A stretch of DNA of 61,737 bases. It comes from an uncultured Acidimicrobiales bacterium (GTDB taxonomy: Bacteria; Actinomycetota; Acidimicrobiia; Acidimicrobiales; Poriferisodalaceae). Shown one piece after another: positions 46,117 to 55,166 of the stretch. Made by a program: the position numbers and the translations under genes. The notes under the pieces are model-generated. The model ran no database searches, was not told the origin of the DNA, and was given only the letters and a program-made list of their open reading frames with translations. The stretch lies in contig CAYGMW010000001.1 in assembly GCA_964350975.1 (NCBI GenBank), forward strand, positions 1 to 61,737. The letters are read 5' to 3'. Position 1 is the first letter of the stretch, and each line of letters starts with the position of its first letter.

Positions 46117-47237
46117 ACCCCGCGACCAGCCCCGACGCGGCGAACATGGCGTCGATCATCCGCACCGCGGAGGTCATCTTGACGTGTGGTGCTGGGGGAG
46201 TCGGCAAGACCACCGTTGCCGCAGCGATTGCCCGTGCTGCGGCCAGCGACGGCCGCCGGGTAGCGCTCGTGACGGTCGACCCGGCCCAGCGGCTCGCGGA
46301 CGCAATGGGTATCGATCTGGGCGACGACCTCACCGAGATCGACATCGATGGCCCTGGCCGATTGTTCGCGTCGATGATCGATACCTCGGCGGCATGGGAT
46401 CGACTCATCGTCAACCGGGCTCCGAACCCCGACATTGCCCAGCGGCTGCTGGTGAACCCGATCTACCGCAATATCACTGCTCGCTTCATCCAGAGCCACG
46501 AGTACATCGCGATCGAACGTTTACACGAGCTGCGGAATCATCCCGATGTCGATCTGCTGGTGGTCGATACTCCGCCATCAGGGCATGCTGCTGATCTGCT
46601 CGATGCGCCGGAACGTATGGTCGACTTCTTCAACGGCAATCTGTTGAACTGGCTCACCATGCCCACCCGAAACCGGTTTGCGGCCGTGGCGTCCAAGCCG
46701 TTTTTCGCGGCGGTTGACCTTTTGCTTGGCAAGGCGTTCGTCAGCGATCTGAGCCAGTTCTTCGGCGTGTTGCGCGAGCTTGGCCCAGGGTTCACCGAGC
46801 GAGCCCAACAGGTCGAAGCAACCCTGCATGAGGAGGCGACGAACTTTGTCATCGTCACCTCACCATCGCCGCGGCCATGCCGCGAGGCGGTGGCGTTTGG
46901 CGAACAGTTGGTCCAACGCAAGCTGGCCGCAACGGCGATCGTGTTTAACCGGGTACTGCCCCGATGGCTCGACGATGATGCCGTAGCGACCCAAGCCGAT
47001 GCTCTGAGGCTGGCCGCCGATGGCGTGGCTGCTCAGAGCCCCCTCGTTGAGCCGCGACACCTGGCCGCAGCTGCTGATCGAGCCGGAGAGCTCCACCGAG
47101 TTGCCGTGGCTGAGCGGCAGCGCCTCGATGGATTGCCTGTCGACGGTTTGGTCGTCGAACTGCCCCTGATCGTCGATCGGGCCGAACTGGAGATGGTCGA
47201 CGAGCTGGCCGCGGTTCTGATGGGCAATACCCGGTAG
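46113..47237 (+). CDS. ArsA/Get3-like P-loop ATPase (subunit 2)
   Basis: 374 aa. It has CGAGGVGKTTVA and DTPPSGH. It has an ATGA overlap with the preceding gene. Confidence 0.85.
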   Translation: MNPATSPDAANMASIIRTAEVILTCGAGGVGKTTVAAAIARAAASDGRRVALVTVDPAQRLADAMGIDLGDDLTEIDIDGPGRLFASMIDTSAAWDRLIVNRAPNPDIAQRLLVNPIYRNITARFIQSHEYIAIERLHELRNHPDVDLLVVDTPPSGHAADLLDAPERMVDFFNGNLLNWLTMPTRNRFAAVASKPFFAAVDLLLGKAFVSDLSQFFGVLRELGPGFTERAQQVEATLHEEATNFVIVTSPSPRPCREAVAFGEQLVQRKLAATAIVFNRVLPRWLDDDAVATQADALRLAADGVAAQSPLVEPRHLAAAADRAGELHRVAVAERQRLDGLPVDGLVVELPLIVDRAELEMVDELAAVLMGNTR

Positions 47238-47256
47238 GACAGGTACCGTCTCGCCT

Positions 47257-48732
47257 GTGGCAAGCATCTCGGAAATGGCCAGGCTCGGTGCCAATGTAAC
47301 CGCTCCTCAGCTCACACACCTCCAACGCATCGTTCAGTGGTGGGTGATGCTCGCCGATATCTCCTTTGCGGACCTGCTGCTGTTTGCGCCCGAGCGCGAC
47401 GGCCGCTTCGTGGTGGTTGGCCAGATCCGTCCTTCGACGGCTCAGACGATGTATCACGATGACGAGGTCGGCCGCATCGTCGACGAGGTCGACCGCCCGT
47501 TGGTGGCTCGGGCATTTCGGTTAGGCCAGATCGTCGACGGTGAGATCAACCTCACCGCGAGCTATGGGTCGCGGGCCCAAGTTCAAGGCATCCCTGTGCG
47601 TCACCAAGGCGAAATCATTGGTGTCATCACCCGCGAAACCCGGCCTGACCTCGAAAAGGTCCGCCAGTTTGGCCAGTTGGAGCTGAGCTATCTCGACATC
47701 TTCGGGCGGTTCAGTCGCATGATCGAACGGGGCGAGTTCCCCTTCGACGAAAGCGACGTCGACCCCGAAGACCTGCCCCGCGTTGGGGATGGTGCTCTTG
47801 TCCTCGACGATGAGGCTCGCATCATTTTCGCGTCGCCAAACGGGCTGTCGACCCTGCACCGCATCGGTTTTGCTGGCGCGTTGGTTGGCCGCCGAATGAG
47901 CGATCTCGGCTTGGCTCAGAGCATGGTGCGCGATGCCCTGACGATGGTGCGGCCCATGGCTGCCGAAGTCGAGCGCGGTGGCCTCACGATCCAGGTGGTG
48001 GCGGTGCCTCTGTCTGGGCCGGCTGACCAACGAGGCGCTCTTGTGATGATGCGCGACGTCACTGAGTTGCGCCGCCGTGACCGGCTGCTGATGTCGAAAG
48101 ATGCAACAATTCGTGAGATCCATCACCGGGTAAAGAACAATCTTCAGACGATCTCGTCGCTGCTTCGCTTGCAGGGCCGCCGAGTTGAATCAGCCGAAGC
48201 CAAGCAGGCCATTGATGACTCAGTGCGGCGGATTCGGGCGATTTCGCTGGTCCATGAAACCCTCGCCCAGGAGTCTGGCGAGGACATTTCTCTGCGCGAG
48301 ATCGTCGACCAGCTGAGTCGTTTCGTCGAGTCGAGCCTCGTCGACGAAGGTCGGCGCATCCAACTGTCCGTACATGGTGACGTTGGTACCGCTCCCGCCG
48401 AAGTGGTCACACCGCTCGCGGTCGTGATCAACGAACTCCTGCAAAATGTGGTCGATCACGCCTATCCGGCCGGCACTGAGGTCGTCGACGGTGTGGTTGG
48501 CCATGTGGCGATCCAGCTCCACGGTTCGGCTCGGGCTGGCTTGAACATCGAGCTGACCGACGACGGAGCGGGGCTGCCGATCGCGTTCGACCCCGACCGT
48601 TCCGGAGGTCTCGGAACCTCGATTGTTCGGACCTTGGTCACCAGCGAGCTGGGCGGCGTCTTGACGATGGACAACCGTCCCATGGGTGGCACCATCGTGA
48701 CCATCACGATCCCGCCGATTCGCCCGGCCTAG
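47257..48732 (+). CDS. pdtaS: PdtaS-type sensor histidine kinase (GAF-PAS-HisKA_2-HATPase)
   Basis: 491 aa and cytoplasmic (no TM segment). It has the EIHHRVKNNLQTISSLLRLQ H-box and ...ELTDDGAGLP...GLGTSIV ATPase motifs. Confidence 0.8.
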   Translation: MASISEMARLGANVTAPQLTHLQRIVQWWVMLADISFADLLLFAPERDGRFVVVGQIRPSTAQTMYHDDEVGRIVDEVDRPLVARAFRLGQIVDGEINLTASYGSRAQVQGIPVRHQGEIIGVITRETRPDLEKVRQFGQLELSYLDIFGRFSRMIERGEFPFDESDVDPEDLPRVGDGALVLDDEARIIFASPNGLSTLHRIGFAGALVGRRMSDLGLAQSMVRDALTMVRPMAAEVERGGLTIQVVAVPLSGPADQRGALVMMRDVTELRRRDRLLMSKDATIREIHHRVKNNLQTISSLLRLQGRRVESAEAKQAIDDSVRRIRAISLVHETLAQESGEDISLREIVDQLSRFVESSLVDEGRRIQLSVHGDVGTAPAEVVTPLAVVINELLQNVVDHAYPAGTEVVDGVVGHVAIQLHGSARAGLNIELTDDGAGLPIAFDPDRSGGLGTSIVRTLVTSELGGVLTMDNRPMGGTIVTITIPPIRPA

Positions 48733-48747
48733 GCCACGGCACAAGGA

Positions 48748-49704
48748 TTAGACGGCGAGTTTGGCCATCATCGAAAACAGGCCAGCGACGTCGGTTCGGG
48801 GTCGCTGGGGGTCAAGCTCGCGGTACACAGTGTCGACATTGACGGCGATACGTTCGCGGTCGATCCAGTCAGAGAACTGGCCGAGTGAGATGTCCGCCGC
48901 AGCTTCGCCAGCGGTCATCCCCGCCGCGTGGCGGGCCCGAGCTTCGGCATCGACAAAGGTGAGGTAGTCGCGCACTCGGCGCACGCCGTCGGCATCGGTG
49001 AGCGGGCCGTGGCCAGGGACAATGCAGGTGGCATCGAGGCTGACGATCAGATCGCAGGCCGCAATCCAGTTCGAGATCGGCCCGGCCCACATCAGCGGTG
49101 TGCCTTCGATGAACAAGATGTCGCCGGTGTAGACCACCCCGGTTTCGGGCACGTAGGCAATGACGTCACCTTCGGTGTGTGCGGGGCCAACCTCGTGGAG
49201 CTCGACGGTGAGGTCGCCAACAGTGACGTCGAGGCGACGTTCGAAGGTGACCGTCGGCGGAGTCATGGTGATGCCTTCGAAATCGAAAGCGCTGAAACAC
49301 TCGACGAGGTAGGTGCCCAAGTCGCCGAGGTTCGGGGCGGCCTTCATGAAGGCATCGAGCACAGCCGGCGGAGTCTGCACCATCTCGGCTGCGCACGCTG
49401 ATGAGGCAATGATGTCAGCGCCGACCACCAGCTCGTTTCCGTAACAGTGGTCGCCGTTGGCATGGGTGTTGACGAGCTGACGGATGGGAGCCGCCGCGGT
49501 GATCGAGCTCATTGAGTCGAGCATGTCGCGGGTCAGTCGCAGGTCGAACAAGGTGTCGACGAGCAGTGATTCGCCGCCGTTGGTCACCAACCCGGCGTTG
49601 CTCCAGCCCCAACCGCCGTCGGGTTGGAGGTAAGCGAACGACCCGTTCGCGACCTCGATGAGCCCGTGTGAGTAGGACGCGGCGCGTCCACCATTCGACG
49701 ACAT
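48748..49704 (-). CDS. MBL-fold metallo-hydrolase
   Basis: 318 aa. It has the NTHANGDHCYGN (HxHxDH variant) motif and downstream PGHG. Confidence 0.85.
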   Translation of the reverse strand: MSSNGGRAASYSHGLIEVANGSFAYLQPDGGWGWSNAGLVTNGGESLLVDTLFDLRLTRDMLDSMSSITAAAPIRQLVNTHANGDHCYGNELVVGADIIASSACAAEMVQTPPAVLDAFMKAAPNLGDLGTYLVECFSAFDFEGITMTPPTVTFERRLDVTVGDLTVELHEVGPAHTEGDVIAYVPETGVVYTGDILFIEGTPLMWAGPISNWIAACDLIVSLDATCIVPGHGPLTDADGVRRVRDYLTFVDAEARARHAAGMTAGEAAADISLGQFSDWIDRERIAVNVDTVYRELDPQRPRTDVAGLFSMMAKLAV

Positions 49705-49720
49705 GCGATCAACCCCTCGC

Positions 49721-49739
49721 TTGCCGCACCACGCGGCAA
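49721..49739 (-). terminator. Short hairpin between whiB and the downstream MBL gene (attenuator/terminator candidate)
   Basis: ttgccgc-accac-gcggcaa forms a 7-bp perfect stem. There is no U-tract. It is followed by GAGGGG (SD) and the MBL ATG. Confidence 0.3.
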
Positions 49740-49750
49740 CGTGAACAGTT

Positions 49751-50041
49751 CTAGCTGGCGCGAGCTGCAGCTGCGGCGCGTCGACGTGCTCGCCGGATGT
49801 CGCGTCGCTCTTCTTCTGAGGTTCCGCCCCAAACGCCAGCGTCTTGGTTGGTGATCAGAGCGAACTCCAAGCACAACTCACGGGCGTTGCACTGGTTGCA
49901 CACCTCCTTGGCTGCCTCGATCTGGTCGATTGCCAGGCCGGTGGTGCCGACCGGAAAAAACAGCGCCGGATCGGTGCTACGACACGCTGCCTGATCCCGC
50001 CAGGTAGCGCTGTCAAGCAACAAGCTTGCGTGAACCGCCAT
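49751..50041 (-). CDS. whiB: WhiB-family [4Fe-4S] transcription factor (WhiB1-like)
   Basis: 96 aa. It has four Cys (C...C-x2-C-x5-C: AACRSTDPALFFP...VCNQCNARELC), a GVWGG turn and a basic C-terminal tail RRDIRRARRR. Confidence 0.9.
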   Translation of the reverse strand: MAVHASLLLDSATWRDQAACRSTDPALFFPVGTTGLAIDQIEAAKEVCNQCNARELCLEFALITNQDAGVWGGTSEEERRDIRRARRRAAAAARAS

Positions 50042-50275
50042 TCCTACGTCCTCTCCCCCCGCACTGGTGCGCCAGTGCGTCTCTTACGTGTCAGGTCAGC
50101 CCGTCAGGGAACGGGTCAAATGTTCCTGCACGATGCGTGCAGATTAGTCAGGTCGATCCATTGTCACAAGGACTGAAACTAGTTGTGAGCGAAAATGTTT
50201 CTTCTGTTCGCCTGTGCCGGATCTGAAGTGCTGCCGCATCAGCAAACCGGTCGGTCCGTGTGATGAGCTGGTGGG

Positions 50276-50965
50276 ATGTCGACCCCCTTGGTAATTGCCC
50301 ACCGCGGAGCTTCCGCAGCCTTCGTGGAAAACACCATCGACGCGTTCGTTGGCGCGGTTGAGATGAAATCCGATGCTGTCGAGCTCGATGTTCGTCGCTC
50401 GCTCGACGGAGTCTTGGTTGTTCATCACGACGCCCATCTGCCCGATGGGGCCGCGATCTGTGATGTCGTCTTCGGTGACCTCCCACCCCACGTCCCGACC
50501 CTCGAGGCCGCTCTCGATGCGTGCGGAGCCCTCGTCGTCAATATCGAGATCAAGAACACCGAGACCGATCCAGGCTTCGAGCCCAACCGAGCGATCGCTG
50601 ACGATGTGGTGCAGATCGTGCAGGCCCGAACAATGGGTGCTTCCGCGCTCATCTCGTCGTTCGACCTGCCAACAATCGACCGGGTTCGACACCTCGATGC
50701 GTCGATTGCGACTGCGTTTCTCATCTACCGAGGTGACGCTCAAGCCGCAATTGAGCTGTGTGTGGCGAGGGGCCACGGCACCATCCATCCACACGATCGG
50801 CAAGTCGACGATGAGTTCATGCGTCTTGCTCGACTGCACGAGCTCACGGTGAACGTCTGGACCATCGACGACCCCAAACGAATGGTGGAGCTCGCAGCCT
50901 TGGGCGTCGACGGCATCGTGACCAATGTGCCCGACGTGGCGTCGGCGACGCTCGCCGCTCTTTGA
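50276..50965 (+). CDS. Glycerophosphodiester phosphodiesterase
   Basis: 229 aa. It has VIAHRGASAAFVENT, ELDVRRSLDGVLVVHHD and VWTID. Confidence 0.88.
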   Translation: MSTPLVIAHRGASAAFVENTIDAFVGAVEMKSDAVELDVRRSLDGVLVVHHDAHLPDGAAICDVVFGDLPPHVPTLEAALDACGALVVNIEIKNTETDPGFEPNRAIADDVVQIVQARTMGASALISSFDLPTIDRVRHLDASIATAFLIYRGDAQAAIELCVARGHGTIHPHDRQVDDEFMRLARLHELTVNVWTIDDPKRMVELAALGVDGIVTNVPDVASATLAAL

Positions 50966-50984
50966 GGTCAGCGAGACGTTCTGG

Positions 50985-51932
50985 TCAGCGAGCGAGCGGG
51001 GCCCCGAGCACCGGAACCACCAGCGACATTCGGTCCGGACGCCACTGGAACACCAGCCGATCGGTCTCACCGAGATGGTCCCCGTCGACCTGGTACGGGA
51101 ATGGCCCGTGGCCGGTCACCGTCACATCGGTCACCCCGGATCGATGGGCAACGTGGGGGTTCGTCGACACGCTGGCGTCGCCCTTGATGAGCTGGCTGAC
51201 CAAGCCAAGCATGGGCATGAGCTTCATGGTCTTCACCCCGATGGTGGACAGGGGCGAATCAATCGTTGCGGTGGGGTCGATCGATAGCGGCTTGCTTCCG
51301 AGGTAGGTGTATGGATCGGTGTTCAACACAATCGAGAGATGGACGCCATCGACGACAGTGCCGTCGGCGAACTCGAACATCATTCGCGGCCGGCTGCGGT
51401 CATAGTGGCGGAACCAGGTGGTGAACCCGGCCCAGATGAACAACGGATGGCCCGCGTAGCGCTTGAGCCCCGAACGTTTCTCAACCTGTTCGACCACCGC
51501 GGCATCAAATCCGAGGCCGGCATGAAAGAGGAAATACCGACCGTTCACCGACGGCAAGCCAATACGTCTGATCGACCCTCGCCTCACCGCGTCGAGGATG
51601 ACCTCGGTGGCATCCACTGGATCATCGGGCGTGTGCAGCGTGCGCGAAAACACGTTCGTGCTGCCGCCTGGCAACGCCGCGAGCGCGCAGTTCGTGCCGA
51701 CAAGACCGTTCGCCGCTTCGTTGACAGTGCCATCACCTCCGAGCACGACGACGAGATCGACGCCAGCGGCGGCGGCTCCTTGCGCCAAGCGGCTGGCATG
51801 GCCGCGGCGACTCGTCTCGGCAACCGTGACCTCGTGCTCGCGAGCCAGCGCCTTGCCGATGATGACGCGCGTGCGTGCGGTCACCGATGACGCAGAGCCA
51901 TTAACGAGCAGCAGGACCTTCACGGCGTGCAT
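50985..51932 (-). CDS. Diacylglycerol/lipid kinase family protein (YegS/BmrU type)
   Basis: Track ORF is 50985..51980. Start moved to ATG 51932 (MHAVKVLLLVNGSA...). It has the GGDGTVNEAANGL motif. Confidence 0.85.
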   Translation of the reverse strand: MHAVKVLLLVNGSASSVTARTRVIIGKALAREHEVTVAETSRRGHASRLAQGAAAAGVDLVVVLGGDGTVNEAANGLVGTNCALAALPGGSTNVFSRTLHTPDDPVDATEVILDAVRRGSIRRIGLPSVNGRYFLFHAGLGFDAAVVEQVEKRSGLKRYAGHPLFIWAGFTTWFRHYDRSRPRMMFEFADGTVVDGVHLSIVLNTDPYTYLGSKPLSIDPTATIDSPLSTIGVKTMKLMPMLGLVSQLIKGDASVSTNPHVAHRSGVTDVTVTGHGPFPYQVDGDHLGETDRLVFQWRPDRMSLVVPVLGAPLAR

Positions 51933-51963
51933 TGTCGCAGGAATCCCGAGCGGGCGATCACCG

Positions 51964-51979
51964 TGTGCAACATCGCACA
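51964..51979. promoter_or_regulatory. CRP/FNR-like palindrome TGTGC-N6-GCACA in the lipid-kinase/etfB divergent region
   Basis: Read directly: tgtgc aacatc gcaca. It lies 32 nt upstream of ATG 51932 (minus) and 107 nt upstream of the etfB ATG 52086. Confidence 0.3.
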
Positions 51980-52085
51980 TCGCACCGTTGTTCGTGGCCC
52001 AAAAACTGGTCCGCCAAAATTGAACCTGAGTAATTGAGCCCGAGTATTTGCTGATGGCGTGCAGATTGGCCAGACTCTTACCCCT

Positions 52086-52865
52086 ATGAAGGTCGCCGTT
52101 TGCGTCAAGCAGATCCCTGACCCGGCAGTGCCGGGCAAGTTGGATCCCTCAACCAACACACTCAACCGCTCAGACAAGCCCATCCTCGACGAGTCCGACT
52201 CCTATGGGGTCGAGCTTGCGTTGCAGCTTGTCGAGGCCGCCGGTGGTGGCTCGGTCACCCTGGTGTCGATGGCCCCAAACAGCGAGATGTCCGGTATTCG
52301 TACCGCGCTCGCCATGGGCGCCGACGATGCCATCCTCGTGAGCGACCCTGCGCTTGCTGGTAGCGACGCGCTGGGTACGGCAAAGGTCTTGGCTGCGGCC
52401 ATCGCCCGCTGCAACCCAGACCTCGTGCTGGCTGGTGTGGAATCATCCGATGGCTACACCGGCACGGTTCCTGAGCAAATCGCTGCCGCAATGGGAATTG
52501 CGTCGGTCACTTTTGCCAAGAAGATCGAGGTCGCTGATGGTGGCCTCAAGATCGAACGCCAGACCGACAACGGCTATGACGATGTCACCTGCCCGATGCC
52601 CGCGTTGGTGTCGGTGACCGGTGGTGTCGTCGAGCCCCGCTATCCGTCCTTCAAGGGCATCATGGCGGCCAAGAAGAAGCCAGTCGACGAGGTCACCATT
52701 GCCGACCTTGGCATCGATGCCAGCACCGTTGGCAAGTCGGGGGCGCGCCAAGAAACTGTTGCCGTTGTCGACGCCGAAGCTCGCCAAGCTGGCGAGATCG
52801 TGGTTGACGAGGGCGAAGCCTTCCAGCGCATTGTCCAGTACCTGACCGATCTCAAGGTCATCTGA
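52086..52865 (+). CDS. etfB: Electron transfer flavoprotein beta subunit
   Basis: Start moved to ATG 52086 (MKVAVCVKQIPD...). This is a typical EtfB N-terminus, with ...DESDSYGVELAL... Confidence 0.92.
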   Translation: MKVAVCVKQIPDPAVPGKLDPSTNTLNRSDKPILDESDSYGVELALQLVEAAGGGSVTLVSMAPNSEMSGIRTALAMGADDAILVSDPALAGSDALGTAKVLAAAIARCNPDLVLAGVESSDGYTGTVPEQIAAAMGIASVTFAKKIEVADGGLKIERQTDNGYDDVTCPMPALVSVTGGVVEPRYPSFKGIMAAKKKPVDEVTIADLGIDASTVGKSGARQETVAVVDAEARQAGEIVVDEGEAFQRIVQYLTDLKVI

Positions 52866-52875
52866 GGAGCCTGCT

Positions 52876-53832
52876 GTGTCTATCAACACCATTTGGGTCT
52901 ATGCCGAAGGCACCGACGCTCCGTCGACGCTGACGCTCGAACTGCTCACCAAGGCCCGTGAGCTGGCATCCAACGTCGCCGCAGTCGTTGCGGGAGACGG
53001 TTCCGCATTCGCCGCAGCCCTTGGCGCCCACGGCGCAACCAAGGTGTACGCCACTGGCGACCTTGCTGGCGCCCTGCCGTCCATTCCTGCCGCGTCGGCG
53101 ATTGCGGCCCAGGTAGCGGCGGGCAACGGCCCAGACGCCATCTTCTTTGGCCAGACCTATGAGGGCCGCGACGTCGCTGCCCGCTTGTCGGTCATGCTCG
53201 ACCAGCCAGTTGTGACCAACAATGTCGACGTGCGCGTCGACGGCGACACCCTCGTGTGTGACGAGCCGGTGTTCGGTGGCGTTCAGACCTTGTCGACTGC
53301 CTTCCGAAACGACGGGGTCAAGATCGCCTTGTTCCGCCCGAAGTCTTTCGAGGCGTCGCAGAGCGGTGGCGGAGCTGCAGAAGTTGTGGCCATCGAGGCC
53401 ACCGATCACGGCACGGCTCGCATTGTCGAGCGCCACGTCGAAGAACTCGAGGGTCCCCAGCTCGACGATGCAGCCATCGTGGTGGCTGGCGGTCGTGGCA
53501 TGGGCGACGCCGACAACTACCAGCTGGTCGAAACCCTGGCCAAGAAGCTTGGCGCCGCTCCAGGCGCATCGCGAGCCATTGTCGACGCCGGTTGGGTGCC
53601 CTATGCCTACCAGGTTGGACAGACCGGCAAGGTCGTCAAGCCCAGCGTGTACATCGCCTGTGGCATCTCGGGCGCAACCCAGCATCTTGTTGGTATGAAG
53701 GGCTCCAAGACCATCATCGCGATCAACAAGGACCAGGAAGCCCCGATCTTCGGTGTTGCCGACCTCGGAATTGTTGGCGATGTCAACAAGGTCATGCCTG
53801 CCCTCATTGAGGCGCTGAACAGCAAGGGCTGA
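52876..53832 (+). CDS. etfA: Electron transfer flavoprotein alpha subunit
   Basis: 318 aa with GTG start 52876 and GAGGAG upstream. The C-terminal FAD motif is [16 protein letters not shown]. Confidence 0.92.
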   Translation: MSINTIWVYAEGTDAPSTLTLELLTKARELASNVAAVVAGDGSAFAAALGAHGATKVYATGDLAGALPSIPAASAIAAQVAAGNGPDAIFFGQTYEGRDVAARLSVMLDQPVVTNNVDVRVDGDTLVCDEPVFGGVQTLSTAFRNDGVKIALFRPKSFEASQSGGGAAEVVAIEATDHGTARIVERHVEELEGPQLDDAAIVVAGGRGMGDADNYQLVETLAKKLGAAPGASRAIVDAGWVPYAYQVGQTGKVVKPSVYIACGISGATQHLVGMKGSKTIIAINKDQEAPIFGVADLGIVGDVNKVMPALIEALNSKG

Positions 53833-53871
53833 CAGCTAGGCGCATGGGCGCCGCTGTTGTCATGAACGATT

Positions 53872-53897
53872 CTGGGCCGCTCTTCGGAGCGGCCCAG
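53872..53897. terminator. Perfect 11-bp stem / TTCG tetraloop hairpin between convergent etfA and the SCO1664-family gene
   Basis: ctgggccgctc-ttcg-gagcggcccag, read directly. It has no strong U-tract on either side. It may be a bidirectional, I-shaped terminator. Confidence 0.55.
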
Positions 53898-53902
53898 CGT
53901 CG

Positions 53903-54643
53903 TTAGACGAGGGGCCAGGGATACCGACGGCCGGTGTGGTCGATCGGAAACATGCCAGTTTCGGCCACGTCGACAGCCCGATGCCAAAGCGCCGCGGTTT
54001 CGTCACGGGCCAGCAGATCGATCAGCGAATCGGGGACGCCCTCTTCTGCGAGGCGCTGAATTGGCGCCATGAGGGCTTCGCTGATTGGCTCGCCTCCGAA
54101 TTCCCAGATCACGGTGCGTAGCTTGAAGTCGGCTGCAAAGCACAACCCGTGGTCGATACCCCACACATGTCCGGCGACGTCGTCGGTGGCTCCCGCAACG
54201 AGCACGTGTCCGCTCTTGCGGTCGGTGTTGTTGGCCAACAGATCGAACGCACACATTCGCTGAAGCTGCTCGTGATAGGCCGGATCCTCGACCAAGGTGA
54301 AGTGGTGCTGGCTGAAGTCAGCATCGACGAACAGCTGCACCGAGCCAACACCGAACGTGCCGTCACGTTCGACGGTTGGGGGCACCATCTCCCACCCGAG
54401 AGCGTCTGCGAGCTCGTACGCCGCGACCTCTCGGCGATACAAACCCTCGGGAAAATCCCACAGTGGGCGCTCACCTTTGGCCGGTTTGTAGATCGCGGTC
54501 TCGGTGCGACCCCCATGGTGAATCTTGACAAGGAACGTGGCGTTGGACGAATAGGGCATCCGTCCTTCCACCTCCATCTCGCCCAGCCGCAGGACCTCGA
54601 GCGGTGAGCTGACTTCAATGCCGTGATCGTGGTCGCTGGTCAC
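53903..54643 (-). CDS. SCO1664-family protein (PI3/4-kinase-like fold, function unknown)
   Basis: 246 aa. [22 protein letters not shown]...[16 protein letters not shown]...[11 protein letters not shown] matches my recollection of this actinobacterial family. Confidence 0.78.
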   Translation of the reverse strand: MTSDHDHGIEVSSPLEVLRLGEMEVEGRMPYSSNATFLVKIHHGGRTETAIYKPAKGERPLWDFPEGLYRREVAAYELADALGWEMVPPTVERDGTFGVGSVQLFVDADFSQHHFTLVEDPAYHEQLQRMCAFDLLANNTDRKSGHVLVAGATDDVAGHVWGIDHGLCFAADFKLRTVIWEFGGEPISEALMAPIQRLAEEGVPDSLIDLLARDETAALWHRAVDVAETGMFPIDHTGRRYPWPLV

Positions 54644-54648
54644 GGGTG

Positions 54649-55113
54649 TCAGTGAGGCCGATGGCCGTTCTGGCGACCAAAATCGCGCCCGAAATCAATG
54701 AGCGCCAGCGCGTGGGCCACGAACCCGCGGGCTGCTTCATACGACAGATGGAACTGGGCCTGTGCTGGGTCGGAGTCCGGCTGGTCATCATCAAAGTCGT
54801 CAGTGAGCTCCTCAGCAATGATCACCATGCGCTCGTGCTCGGCGTCGATTGCGATGCCCAGTCCAGCGATGGTCCAGGCTGCGATCACCGGCTCGATCAT
54901 CTCGGTCGGACGCTTCGGTGTGCTGTGATCGCCCAGCTGATCCAACACTTCTGCCATTGCGCTCGCGACGGCTTGGATCTGAGCCTTTTCGAGCTTCAGC
55001 GTCACGAGGGTCGTGGCGTCGTGGGCCTGGATGAAGAAGATCCGCTGCCCAGGGTCGCCGATGGTGCCGGCGACAACATTGATCGGCTCGAGCAGGTCGA
55101 ACGATTCACTCAC
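54649..55113 (-). CDS. DUF3090-family protein
   Basis: 154 aa. VVAGTIGDPGQRIFFIQAHDATTLVTLKLEKAQIQAVA matches my recollection of the family. Confidence 0.78.
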   Translation of the reverse strand: MSESFDLLEPINVVAGTIGDPGQRIFFIQAHDATTLVTLKLEKAQIQAVASAMAEVLDQLGDHSTPKRPTEMIEPVIAAWTIAGLGIAIDAEHERMVIIAEELTDDFDDDQPDSDPAQAQFHLSYEAARGFVAHALALIDFGRDFGRQNGHRPH

Positions 55114-55166
55114 TGGTTAGCTCCTGTCGGGGATGTATCGGGGAAGGTTGTGGGCCCAACGCCCGC

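Noticed and set aside
50164-50188. TCACAA-N13-TTGTGA as a canonical CRP site upstream of whiB
   Set aside because: The half-sites are in the opposite order and spacing from TGTGA-N6-TCACA. I keep it only as an unexplained inverted repeat in the whiB/GDPD intergenic region.
52020-52048. Putative etfB promoter (TTGAAC - 17 nt - AGTATT)
   Set aside because: The -10 matches only 3 of 6 consensus positions. This is too weak to call without TSS data.
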